From Balanoglossus misakiensis (lineage: Eukaryota > Animalia > Hemichordata): a stretch of DNA of 64,000 nt. Below, piece by piece: positions 51,586-64,000 of this stretch. The notes below the pieces were generated by a model. The model saw only the letters and a list, made by a program, of their open reading frames with translations, was not told the origin of the DNA and ran no database searches. The position numbers were made by a program, and so were the translations under genes. The stretch's first letter is position 1. Each line of letters begins with the position of its first letter. The stretch is from positions 9,536,564-9,600,563 of the forward strand of contig CM082585.2 of the NCBI GenBank assembly GCA_040954595.2, given 5' to 3'.

Positions 51586-52765
51586 TCACAGTCTCTTGAA
51601 CCGTAACACAACTCCTTTGTTTTCAGGAGGCATGTCACGAATCGGTCTATGACCGCGACTCTCAAAAGTGGTGTAAGGCTCAATATCGCCCACTTGAACG
51701 AATCCCGGCACCCTCGCAAAGACATGCTGCGAAACGGGACCAGTCAGCATGGTGAAGACCGCACGGGCACCTTCCGACTTCCCCAGCTCGATGCTCTCGT
51801 GCAACAGCCGCTTCAAGATGCCGTGTCCATGGTAACCGTCGCTCACGCCGACCATGAACAGCTCCATGCACTTGCCGCCGTCAGAGAACAGCTTCGTGAC
51901 TTCGTCCAGGTGATAAAACCGCTTTTCCACATGCCCTAACATGTCGATTATCGGTCGGAGCGGTTTCAAGATTGGTTCCTCGCCAAACAGCCCCTGATTG
52001 GGCGCCGAGTCGAAGACGAAGGATGCTTGGAATCCGATCACCTTCTCCAGTTTGGTGTCCACGGCGACGGTGGATATGTCGTCGTCCAGGCAGCGGTTCA
52101 CAGCGATGGTGTTGAAGCGATAGAGGGACTCCACAGGCACTCTCAAATAATGCGTCATCGGCTCGTGTTGCAGGAAAGTGTTTGTCAGCAGCTCTATAGC
52201 TTCTCTTGTTTGGTGTCTCTGGAATTTTCCATATTCCAGACTGACATCACCTGATTCATATCTGGAAGAGAAAACAGATTCAAAATTGTCAGATGCATCA
52301 TCCTTCAAAAATGTTTACCTTCTCATCAGGTAGGAATGTGTGTGGGGGTGGGAGTGCAGTTTTCCATCTTTAACCCTTCCACCCCTTCATCCACAATCTT
52401 TTGGTTCAGCCTCACTGGTTTCAGAGGTTCAAGATCACCCCATGTAAAAGGATGTAGGGGAAACATGTTAAAGATATGTCTCCCATGAAAATACTGCCAC
52501 AGAACACAATCATTAGACAAGAATTTGAAAGCATATGCTTATTGCTCCAGGGCCAATGTGTGATCTCTGCCAACCTCAATGAAAGCATCAGATGTTTTTT
52601 GAAGATCTTTAGCTTAATATCCTACCTTTGTCCTCCACTCACGAGTCGATGCTGATGAGGATCGTTCAGTAAATTATACCCTGGTGGTTTTCGGGCGATC
52701 ATCACTGATACGCAGAGGGATTTCACGAGATGGACTGATGGTCGACGAGGCATTGCAGCCAACAT
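51586..52765 (-). CDS. GNAT N-acetyltransferase of the insect arylalkylamine/dopamine NAT type, about 271 aa; coding exons 52765-52626 and 52261-51586, probable non-coding first exon ending at 53362
   Basis: FLQHEPM (compare FxxDEPL), STVAVD...KVIGF, acetyl-CoA motif VGVSDGYHGHGILKRL, and TGPVSQHVFARVPGF. The phase-2 donor AAAG|gtagga matches the acceptor ttccag|A. AATAAA lies at 51331-51326. Confidence 0.85.
52374..52467. mobile_element. Degenerate MITE copy in the GNAT gene intron
   Basis: ttaa|cccttccacccc...tttggttcag...gtaggggaaacatg|ttaa. Confidence 0.45.
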
Positions 52766-53809
52766 GGCGATGCTGGTTCTCTGTCCGAAAATAAAATAGC
52801 AAAATGTTAGTGATATTTTCGCAGCCCTGGTGAAATCTACTCTTGCTTTACCCTGGCTAGCTCCAAAGACCCTAGATAATCGGCTGAATTATTTCACGTT
52901 TTACAGCCGGTAGACGCAACGCTCTGAATGCTTGAACATTTCCCACATCCTAAAGCATTTATTTCTTTTTCATTTTGTGTAATTTACTTTCCAGGGTTCT
53001 GCCTAGATACAGGTAGCCTTTCATTGTTTACCCTCGAAGCATTCTGAATCAGCTGAACAAAACATCTATCCCATGTCTATAGACGTCTTCTCACAAACAC
53101 TTAACAGACGTGCATTGTGTACCCTTATGTACACTTTGCAATATGTGAGTTACATGCTCATTACTCCAAGACTTTTAAAGCTCTTATGCCTAAACAAAGC
53201 TATCGACATGCAAAACAATATACTGGACCCTTATAAACACACAGAAATTACAAATAAACTGAGATACGTTTATGAGATTGCGGGAGCAAATCTCATGATG
53301 CTTTGCTTGATTATGGAGGGCATAAACTAAGCTCAATGATGGATATAAAATTGATACTTACGTATTTTATCTGCGCCAGACAGGTATACAAAATCTTCTT
53401 TGCACCGGTAACATAGAATATTTTCTCAAGACTGTCTGTGGCTGTCGGCTATACAGTCTTCCAGCTCATCAGACGTCTTCAGAAAATGTCAGGGGTTTCT
53501 TTTCTTTTTTTAAATCCATTCTTATTGGCTGACGGTGTTTTACAGACATCGCTGGGGACTTTGTGGCAAAGGTCAGTCTCATGAAGAAATTATACACGTG
53601 CTATTTACGTCTCAGAGATTCTGGAATCATTATGTATTCGCGCAGCGTTTTGAGTGCATTGCATGCAAGTTTGTTTCCCTTTTTGACTTTTTCGTGACAT
53701 ATTATTCATGAAGCCTGACATAAACGCATTCGCTGCGATGATTGATATCAATAATTTACAAAGAAAGTTTTCCAGTGAAGTCCTGGTGATATTTCTGATA
53801 TTTTGAAAA

Positions 53810-53903
53810 CCCTTTCACCCTCATTCAAGTGTAGTTTGGTCCGAATCTTTTGTTTTCTATGGTAAAGTTGGACCTTTAGAAGGAGAAGGTAGGGGTGAAA
53901 GGG
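53810..53903. mobile_element. Copy of the piggyBac-like MITE upstream of the GNAT promoter
   Basis: ccctttcaccc...tttggtccgaatc..tgttttctatggtaaagttggacc...ggggtgaaaggg|tcaa. Confidence 0.7.
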
Positions 53904-56888
53904 TCAATGATTTTGAACTGTGAATGCGCAGTCATCTTATATCAAATGACCAGAAATGATGGCTGGATATCAAACTGACTTCATTTGGAAGTATACAGTA
54001 TAGATATCACACAGCTTGTACACTTATTTTTACCAACATGCATCAACATGTTAATACTATATTACAACAGCAGTTTATGTGTGTTATGTGTGTGGTGGTT
54101 GTTCCAGATTGACCCGTGTGACCTGACCAGGTTGCGAACTCAGACAGGGGAATTGTTCATGCATAAGAAAGCCGGCATACAGTTGAATCATGGACAACAG
54201 TCTCTTTCTAATGAAATGCCCCATTTATGGCTTCACATCATGCAAGTTGTACACCCACTCTAGAGGGCGCTCAGCACATGCGGCAATCATGTGCGGCAAT
54301 TAATGCATACAACTTTCTATCACCAGTTCGCAGCGACTTTAGTGTCAAACAAATCTGATGCTGTACTGTTCATTGTGCCAGAAATAAAATGTAAACAGAC
54401 AATATGAAAGTTACAGATTAGGAAACTAAAATTCTTACTTTATAATTCATACTACATATTAAAATAATATGTTTATACTACGGTAGTCTATATTTTTTAT
54501 TGTTTCCCGGTTTGGAAATTTCAACAGCAAAATGAATTCCTAGTATTAAAATGTAAAGCCCACACAGAAGTATTTACTACTGTAGTGTAAGTGTTCACAG
54601 TTGCTTACACTGAGCTGTAGATCTGACCTGATTGATGCCGAGATCGCTGTCACATCGATCTTGTCAGGGGTGGACTTATCCCAATTACATGTGCCAAACG
54701 CACACATTATGAAGTGAACGGATTTGCATTTTAAAGTCTAATCTGGCTAATAACAGCGATCAGGTGCTATTCCCCGGGGACATTACCCCGCTGATGTTCA
54801 TTTCGCAGAGTTGACCTGAATTCACCTTTTCAAGGTCACCATCTGGTTCACTCGGGGTTCGCGACATAATCTCTGAGTCAGAACCTACTCGGTTCACTTG
54901 ACAGGTGAGGTTGAAACAAACACAGAAATCGACGTCCTGCACGCCCCTCTCTCTCAGTCTGTCTGTAGCAGTCTCTCATAAAATACACGCATCTCGTTCC
55001 TTTGATATGGAAATAAACACTTTATATACTTCATTCCCTAATACCTTTTAATGGACAGGGAAACGTATTTCATCACAATAGGAATTCCAGAGTTCCTACA
55101 GCAGCCACCCAGGCTCCTCAGAAATCACTGAATTCAATCAAATAATCTCTGAAGTCAAGAGATTACTTTTTTATATAACACAGTTTTAATCATCTGGTAG
55201 AAATATGAGTAGCATGGTTGATTTTTAAGTTGAAAAATAAGATCATTCTGCGACGTTGATCCGTTCCATATAACATCGGTTCTTTTGAAGAACGGTGAGT
55301 CTCATACATGATGTTCCCTTATTGAACAGTTGTGGGGGTGCATTCAATTACTCCCTCACTTTTCCAATATCGGCAATCTGGTGCCAGCAGGACGTTATGA
55401 GACTTCATTTTTTAATAAGATCATCTTGCTAGACGTAGAGTGACACAAGGAAAGATACGGACCTGAAAGTACTACACAGCCTGTTGAGAATATCAATTAC
55501 AGGGTAACATGAGGACAGGCCAGTGACTTGTCCCAACAACCTGAACTTGCTTGTTTCAGTCAAACCTGTGTTAATAGGGGCCACATATGCCAATCAAATG
55601 ATATTACTTTCATTAATTAGTAATGGATTTTCCAAGGCTTTCTACAAAACACGAAAACTTTAATATGATTTAAGATATGCATTAGAAACAAATGATGTAG
55701 TGATAGAATCAAATTAAATGCATCGATATTATGGTTGTGCAGAGAGATAGATAAATCAATAAAACCAGGATATGATAAATAACATTAATTTGATCATCAT
55801 GTGGTTATTTCATTAAATTTTCATAATCTATCATTTATTTCCAAATATACATGTACTTTGCTACGAAAAAGGTGTCTGTTGTTTTCTATATTTACACCTT
55901 GCGGTTGACGTATTTGACACATCTGTTTCATTTATTATTTATAGCTCGCGATTTAATTATGTGCAATACAGTTGCAGTTCTAAACTGTGGATTATATAAC
56001 CTTATCAGACACTTAATCAAAACTAATGTGTTGGCAATATGTTTCTCGGCTCAAGATTATCTCTTCTGTTTTTTGTGACACATCGATTTTAGTAGTATTG
56101 ATGCATTATGCTGCTTCACCTGTTCAAGGTTCACACGATACACTAGCTGGTATTAAAGAGTATGTCCAGTCATTCGATAAGTTGACGTATAAAATGGCAA
56201 TTTATGGATAACTGGAGACAAAATCTGAGTATGTCGCTCTAAATTTCTGTTGGATCGACAAATGTGAACAACGTTATTATGAATAACAAATGAACCGGTT
56301 GCCCAGCATGTATTATTCATTCAATACTAACATCCTTCTTATCACTAACACCCTTTGTCTGCTCTGAAGTGGCTGTCTCTCTCCACCATCAGTACCGCCC
56401 GAGAAAACAGCGACAACGTCACAACATCTAAATGTCAATATGCAACTGCTCGCATCAATCACCCACATTACGTCAAATGACCGACTGACTCGGAGATGCT
56501 GGGATGATCTTGCACCCCCGAGCAATCGATACAAAGTGCAGTCTTATTTTGACATCAAGTATGCACATTTTCATAGCGTGCCCTCATTGGAGACTTCACC
56601 CGAGGGCACAAGCATGGTTTATCTGATATGCATGTCCCTCCAGTCAAGTCCTGGAATATTCATAAAATCTATGCTCGTGACAAAATATCATACACTGCAA
56701 AGGTTAATCCAGTCGCAGATAATCATCATATTTAAAATATATTTTCTGACTCTCACACACACAAAAATCTGGATGCCTTGTCCAATTGTCCTTTGAGCTA
56801 AAATCATCATTTTTGAATCATTTCTTCAATTACTCACTCCCTTTCACTCTTTCACCACCAACTCGTTTTGCATTTTCAGCGTACTTAC

Positions 56889-56955
56889 AGTTGCCGACCC
56901 AAGACTTGAAAAATAGCATCAACACATCACCGAAACTTGTTCTTCCATGTACCAT
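56889..56955 (-). CDS. Candidate alternative first coding exon of the GEF (MVHGRTSFGDVLMLFFKSWVGN)
   Basis: ATG-initiated, consensus donor gtaagt, phase 1. Confidence 0.45.
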
Positions 56956-58358
56956 ACGTATACGTGTAAGACTATTATTCACAAGGCAACTTAGGGAGTC
57001 TAGATCAGGTTACTGTTCTATCCCCAAATCCTATTTGCTGCGATAGCCACACTCAAAGCACACTTTGTTTAAATTTGCTTTATCTCGAGTGCTCTCCATT
57101 CACCTCTGCTGCAATCAATGACATGAATTCCAAAATATAATATCTAAACGGCCTGCAAACATTCACAGAATGCCACATATGCACACGTGTGCATATCAAA
57201 AATGATATACAATTACACTAATGGAAACATTTCTGGGGTGTTTGTGTGTGCATTATCAAAGTTTGATAACCGCAATTTATCACTGAGGAGTGAGCTCGTA
57301 CTGGACACTTTGCACACTGCTACTTCTGTGTACTGTGTGAATGATAAATAGTAAAATACTCAGCCCAGTGACAGATTTTTTTTTCATACAGAAACTATTG
57401 GCACTGTAGTCAATCATGCTAATGTTTTAAGGTTCTGGTACATACACAAGATCCTTGAAGTTAATTACCCCAGAACTGCATTTAAAACCACTCATATATT
57501 ATTATTAGCTCAGTTTAATTAATTGTTTTTCTGGATAAGTGATTTTACTTCAGCTAAATTTTGAGACTGGATTCTTTATTGCATAATGTATATATGAAAA
57601 GTTATCAAGAATGACTTGAAAGCTGCCCTTATAGCAGCTCAGTAACTAGATTATCTAGTTTCACACGGACTGTCAGATTTCTCAAGTGACTGACCAGGTC
57701 AATTTAAACACAAAAGCGTCTTCCGTCTGATAACCTTCATTCCGTAATTTGAAAACCATGTAACGGATCCTGGCTGTACAGAAAAGCTTTCAGGAAATCT
57801 ACTGTGGCCAATCTCGACTATTTTGTGATTGCACAATTGCTGTTTGAGACAGAGCAAAAGCTTTCAACTAATGTGACCGATAGCACAATCTATATTTACC
57901 CATTGATTTGTATTCTGTGGGTGACTCCTTTTTTTCAGGAGTGGAACAAGACTTTCCAAGTAAATATCTGCCGACAATCCCAAAAAGTACACAAGTTTTA
58001 CTCAAATGAGCTGCATCCATTGAAATGTCTTGTGTAAATGTCTGATTTGCAGGGAAAGTAATTGATGTTTATTTTGAGAATAAAATGCTGCTTTCTACTG
58101 TTATGAAATATGGCAGCCAATTGATGAATCTATGACGTTTTACTGGTCGCGCTTTGTGTTTTATTGGTGTGAACGTGCAAAGGAGTGAATTTTACCATCA
58201 TGCCAAGTGCCAGACTGTCGCCAGTTGTTTGCGCAAGAGTTGCTTTGATCTGGGTCTGTCTTGAATGAGCTACATGGCTGAGCATACTGGTATGGGAAAG
58301 TCAGTGTAGCTTGTATTGCCATATGTAACTTGGTTGTTTTCATTTTGTTGCTTGACAC

Positions 58359-58506
<148 letters not shown>

Positions 58507-60770
58507 GAATAATTGACATACTGCTATTGACAAAGATGAAAGGCTCAAAATATTCTTCCACAAGACATAAAATCACATTGGAAATTTCTTATATAACTAT
58601 CTGGCTGCTACAGAAGACCACTTCATGCAAAGACTACTGCAGCATTATTACATCACTGAGATAATTAGGCGATAAACCAACCAAACTCACAGTACATCAA
58701 TTATTGCACACATTGATAATTAATAGCCGCATTCCAGAGATTCATGTTAATTAGACAATATTATTATTTATGGTTGAACACCTAGAGTAGCTGCAAGGAA
58801 TTGCAAATAAACTGCAGTTTCAGAACCAGCCCCTAAGAAAATTGATGCACTTTAACAAATATGAATGGACATCTTGACTGAATAGATTAAGTGCAAAGCT
58901 GTGTTTGTTACAGTAAAAATGTCACACTGATACATGTAGCATAGATTTTTAAAGCGCAATTATGTACAAGAAAACTGACACTCTGTCATCATACAGTACA
59001 CTGGGAACAGTGACTTTGACCTTGTCATTGAGGAGGGGGGGATTAGTTTTCATTTCCTTCCCACTTTAATACAGGGGGTGGGAAGATTACGGGAATATGA
59101 TATGGGGTGAAGGAAGGCTATATGTACATCAGTTGCCATAGAATCTGAAATATATCTTAGCAAACGCATGACGTTATCTAGGTCATATTGCAGAGATATT
59201 CTGTGTCATACTCATGAAAATATATGACCCTGATATCTGATGATAAAATAACCCTGAAAGCATACAAGTCAAGTGACAGATCAACATGTTTACCGAGATG
59301 TAATTAAGTACTATATGTACATTTTGCTAACTTAATTACTCTATAGATGTAATTTTGTCTGCAGAGTTTTCTGCACGCAAAATTTAAAAAGTAAAGCATC
59401 CTGAAAAGAATAGATATCAAAAAGCAGCTGGGATATACATTTCTAATGGATCAAAAATAACTTATCTATAAATACGTCTAGCAAATGTAGCTATTTACAG
59501 ACAAAACATAGTTGATTAGTCACAAGAAGTGGGCATTGTGTAACTTCTTCAGTAAATTACTGGTTTTCCAACTGATGGGGGAATTCGTGCCCCTTGTCGG
59601 CCTTCCCTTTCAGGGTTGCTGCCTTGATGTGAAGGCTCTGGCTTTGAAAGGCGCTTGCGATGACAAGCCAAGAAATGTCACGCACAGAAACCGGCACAAC
59701 TGACTGCTGCATGTGCGTGCAAAGGTACATTTCACTAAGAATGATGCAATTGAAACGTTTCTTTCACGATGACATGTACAAATGTCAAAATCGCATCAGG
59801 ATATTGACGTAAGACATCACAGGGTATTTCTCAAGTGTTCAACATCTTTTTTTTTCAACGTCATTTCAAGGAGGCCCAACCACCTTGACATTATGATTAG
59901 ATACTGGTAAAGCATCTAATATCAGCGTCAGTTCTTTAAGATATTCCAAGTATGGTTCTTCATCTTCATTTAATATTTGAAAATGCACTTATCCTGTTAG
60001 AATATTCATATGTTGGATGAACTAAAAAAGCGAATGCACTCACTGACAGCCATACCTCAAAGAAGCCCCCACAGATATCCTACTTGTCAGTAAGTGAGCT
60101 GCTCAATGAATATGACAATTTCAAGTCATACACGTTTGAGAGCTACAATTCTGTAGTAATGAAATTCAGTTATCACGAGTCGATGGTATTATATGTAAAA
60201 GGTACATTTCTTAATTGCCTCTGATTTTTGCATCACTTACTGAATGCATAAAAAACTCATGTTAATATAATTCACAGGAAAAATCATTATCAGCAATGCC
60301 TTCCTACAGGCAACCACAACAGGTCACCTCAACCTAACAAATCTTCTAATTAAAAGGAGCAATAAAAATAGTTAGCATTCAAATTATTCTTTCAATCTGA
60401 AATTTTTGAATCTTTCAATTATGAAATAAAAGTGGTTAAAATTGTAACAATGGCATTGATGAGATTAATTTCCAAATACATATATTGGTTTTTTTTTTGT
60501 CATTTTGTCGCTGTAATTTTTTTTCAGAAACCCCTTTCTTAGATCAGAGATTCCTTTTAAAGTCTAAATAAAAATATTTTTTCATTTAAAATTTACTTTG
60601 AAATAGCAAACAAAAAGAAAATAAACACACTTCAGGAATGACAATTAACGCATAATTATACAAAGACTGCGTCATTACAAAACAAATACTAGAATCATTT
60701 GATATTCATAACTTCCTTAAAGAAAATCCGCTGGGAAGTAATGAATATGCAAATATAACACACAGATTAC

Positions 60771-61062
60771 CTCCTTCCGTCTTGTTTTGAGGATCCTGAG
60801 TCAAATTCAAGTTTTCGCTTTCGGTCAACGTGGAGAGATCAGAATCCGAGTCAGCGTGGTACTGCCGGCCGATCTTGATGACGCTTAAATTGTCGTGAAT
60901 TCCGTAGTCGTCATATTTATCCATTGCAACAGTGTTCATGTTGAATGCGGTGTTACAAGCGACAGCGGACGGAAACCTAGGCGATGTCCCACATTCCTTC
61001 GTCGCCCGGCGTTCCACTTGCTCTGGTATCCCGGCCGGCATATTGGGCGTCCCCGACAACAT
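60771..61062 (-). CDS. Candidate long alternative first coding exon of the GEF (MLSGTPNMPAG...DSDSDLSTLTESE...KTEG)
   Basis: GC-elevated ORF ending GGAG|gtaatc in phase 1, compatible with the exon at 46314; the true start codon is uncertain. Confidence 0.55.
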
Positions 61063-61810
61063 GTAAACCAGTGCCGGGTTGGGGGTGGTAATCCGAAAAT
61101 TGGTAAATTGACAGCTGGGAAGCAAACACTCTCTGTTGCCATCAATTTAGATGCTCTAAGACTGTATGACTCATACCTCATTTTCATAAGGATCATGTTT
61201 TATGAATTAAAACAGGATTGCATTCTCTCTTCTCGTTGGGGGCGTTCTTGCTCTTGCTCTTCCCAAGACCTTCAGTGGAGCTCAGGCAGCGAAACGATCG
61301 CGTGTATCTTCACATCGATAAAACCTTCCAAGCCGTAGTTTTGAAGCACGAGAAAGGGGACTCGGGGTAGTCGAAAACTTGCTGTTTCGGGTGGATGATT
61401 ACAACACTTCGCATACTAAGTTTAGATTTGTCTATTTCAACCATACGGATAACATACGGTACCTGGCACAAGGTTGATAAATGCATAGTAAAAAGTCACC
61501 AGACCGTGGACATGTTGTCCCTGACCTCAGGGGAATTTATCTTTAAAATAAAACCGCGCGACGCTCCTGCATAACATTAATATCTGTAGAGCTGGAAATT
61601 GAAATACTCCTGCAATGTAGTCTGCTATATTGACGGGCAGAGCCCCGCCCACTTTTTATGTAAACAAACAGCCGGGGGCGCGCGTAATCGATAAACTGTC
61701 GTCCAACCATCTAACTTGTTCAACCGCAAAATAGTTACACTAAATACCCTCTTCTACATCTACAAGACACACTTATTTTGTTTTAGCAAGTGTTTGACGA
61801 TTTCACTCAC

Positions 61811-61847
61811 CGGACCCTTGGTCAATTCCATGTAAAAGTTGCGTCAT
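61811..61847 (-). CDS. Candidate most distal first exon of the GEF (MTQLLHGIDQGS), head-to-head with TCTEX1D2
   Basis: ATG-initiated, consensus donor CCG|gtgagt, phase 1. Confidence 0.4.
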
Positions 61848-62230
61848 AAGTTTGCAGACGTCCGTCTTCCATTTTCCTTTTGACCTCTGAACTCAAACTT
61901 AAGACCACTTAATACAATTTTAAAAGGTGCTACTTTAGTCAACTATTGTCGTGAATACATTTCGATGTGCCACTTATATATTAAGTTTTCTGCTTTTCCT
62001 CGGTCTGTTTAAATAATCTTTCGCACTGTACTCATCATTTGATGTTTAAAAGGGGTTGGAAAGAGATCATTTTCTTTGTAGGGACTATTTCTCATGGCGC
62101 TAGGTGGTTTAGTTGTTGTCAAGGCGGCCATTGCTTGTGGATGCCGATGTGTCGCTAGGTCCATTTTTCTCGACTTCAGACCCCGTTTTATCATCGTTTT
62201 CTGTTATTTTATATTTCTCTCACTGAAGCC

Positions 62231-63320
62231 ATGACGGAATCCGAAGAAACTGTGGCTATAGAGGAGCCACAACCAGAAAACACGTACATGATCAGGCCTA
62301 ATTTTCTCGCCAAGTAAGTAATCGACAACTATCAACATGTACACCACAGTCGACTGAAATGTACATGTTTTGTCAGCTGACAGCTATCAATGAATGCGAT
62401 CGGCGCGGTGTACTTCCGAATATCACCATTCTGATGTCTACTACATTGCATGGTTGATTTTCTTGAACAGTATGCTTACTGTGTCTCGTCCTCACTATCA
62501 GATTGTAGTAATATTGTAGTAATAGTATTGACAAATTGTTCATTTCACGGTTACAAATTTATAATGTAACAGTATGCAATGTTATGATTGCTCTCTATTG
62601 ATATTTTTTACAGGTTCCGCCCAGCTACAGTAAAGGAAACCATCCACATAGTACTGACTGAAATGCTTGGTGAAAAACGTTACGATGCAGAAGAAACAAC
62701 GAACTGGTGTAAAACTATTGCAGATGAAATCAAAAATAGATTGAAAGGTGTGTTTCGTCATTTCAGACTAGACTTGTGGCAAGTAACCAAGTTGTCAACC
62801 TTTTTAGTGAAGTTTCAAATATTGCACATTGTTCAAATGTATTTGAAATATTTCCTTTTTTTTGCAGATCATGGTTTTGATAGGTATAAATACATTGTAC
62901 AGGTAGTTATAGGTGAGCAGAGAGGAGAGGGAGTCAAGTAAGTAGTTTTCATTCGTGTTTTAAACATCAAAGTTTTTCCACAAGGACAAAGGTTTATTTG
63001 ATCCATCACGAGCTTGCATTCATTTGGGTAATTGATGATACATTGTCATACCGTATTTTGAATTTCAGAATGGCTTGTCGGTGTTTCTGGGATTCAGACA
63101 CAGATAATTATGCTCAAGATATATTTATGAATGTAAGTATCTCAGTTAAGAGCTCTTGGAAAATTTTATTTAAAATTTTTACCAGTAACTTTTTGTGAAA
63201 AGATCAGAGAGGATGTATAAACAAATACAAATCATCGTAAATAACTCTTCTCTGTTTTATTTTCATTTACAGGATTCGTTATTCTGTGTTGCTGCTGCCT
63301 TTGGAGTGTTTTATTATTAG
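62231..63320 (+). CDS. TCTEX1D2: Dynein light chain Tctex-type 2B (dynein-2 light chain); exons 62231-62313, 62614-62747, 62868-62937, 63069-63132, 63273-63320
   Basis: ENTYMIRPNF.AKFRPATVKE, GFDRYKYIVQVVIGEQRGEGVKMACRCFWDSDTDNYAQDIFMNDSLFCVAAAFGVFYY. All junctions are GT-AG and in frame. Confidence 0.96.
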
Positions 63321-64000
63321 TGTTGTACAGATAGTCCTTCTGTTCTCTGTATCTACGACTGGAACCTGTCATCTTGCAACAAATGGTTTGAGTGATCCAA
63401 AAAGTAGCAGTTTATGGAGCCAAGTTAGATCATATTCTGTCCATACATGCAATGCTCATCTCCAAGACAGCACAGACCTCTTTGTCATTTCTTGCATGCA
63501 CCAAAAAATGAAAAGGATGAATGATGAGCTTTGCCTGTACAAAACTCTGCCATTACAATCTTGGTCTTGAGAACTATGTCAGCATATTAAAATCCAAATA
63601 CATCTGCCTTCATGTTGGGGAGATAAACTCTCTTGCAAAAATCTGTGAAAGAACTTTGACCTACTTACTTTGAATTAGAAAGCTGTAAATATTGGCTTTT
63701 AAGATATATTTTTCACTCAAAAGCAAAACTTTTTTTATATTGAAAGCAGAATCTTTCAATAAGCATATTATTTGAACTTTTGTCAAGTTTAATGGTACAT
63801 ACATGGTAAATGATCCAATTACTTTGAGAGAATATGAAGTTTTCATATACAATGTTTTGTTAAAATTATTTTAGACAGTTCACACAAGACGCAATGCTTT
63901 GTTGTTCCTTTTATTTGAAAGTTGTAAACATAGTGTTATTACTGTATGTAATGTACATTTAAAAAGTAATTCCTATATGAGAATAAATTGCTGAATAAAT

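Overview
Intron-rich animal genomic DNA; the protein sequences suggest an invertebrate deuterostome (inference). From left to right it holds: the 3' end of a Shox homeobox gene (+); a UGT8-like UDP-glycosyltransferase (+); CFAP410/C21orf2 (-); PIGZ (-); the complete POLR2A/RPB1 gene with its CTD (-); a large DBS/MCF2L-type RhoGEF with Sec14, spectrin, DH, PH and SH3 domains (-); and TCTEX1D2/DYNLT2B (+). Five things are not shown by the ORF track. (1) Two paralogous box C/D snoRNAs in adjacent POLR2A introns carry a 17-nt guide to 18S rRNA. (2) An insect-AANAT-type GNAT acetyltransferase gene is nested on the same strand in the GEF 5' region. (3) One GEF intron is about 99% a 4-kb CATT/GGAT tetramer array. 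(4) The GEF has several candidate phase-1 alternative first exons. (5) There is a family of TTAA-flanked, piggyBac-like MITEs. Exon coordinates were read by eye from splice signals and reading frame; no database search was run.
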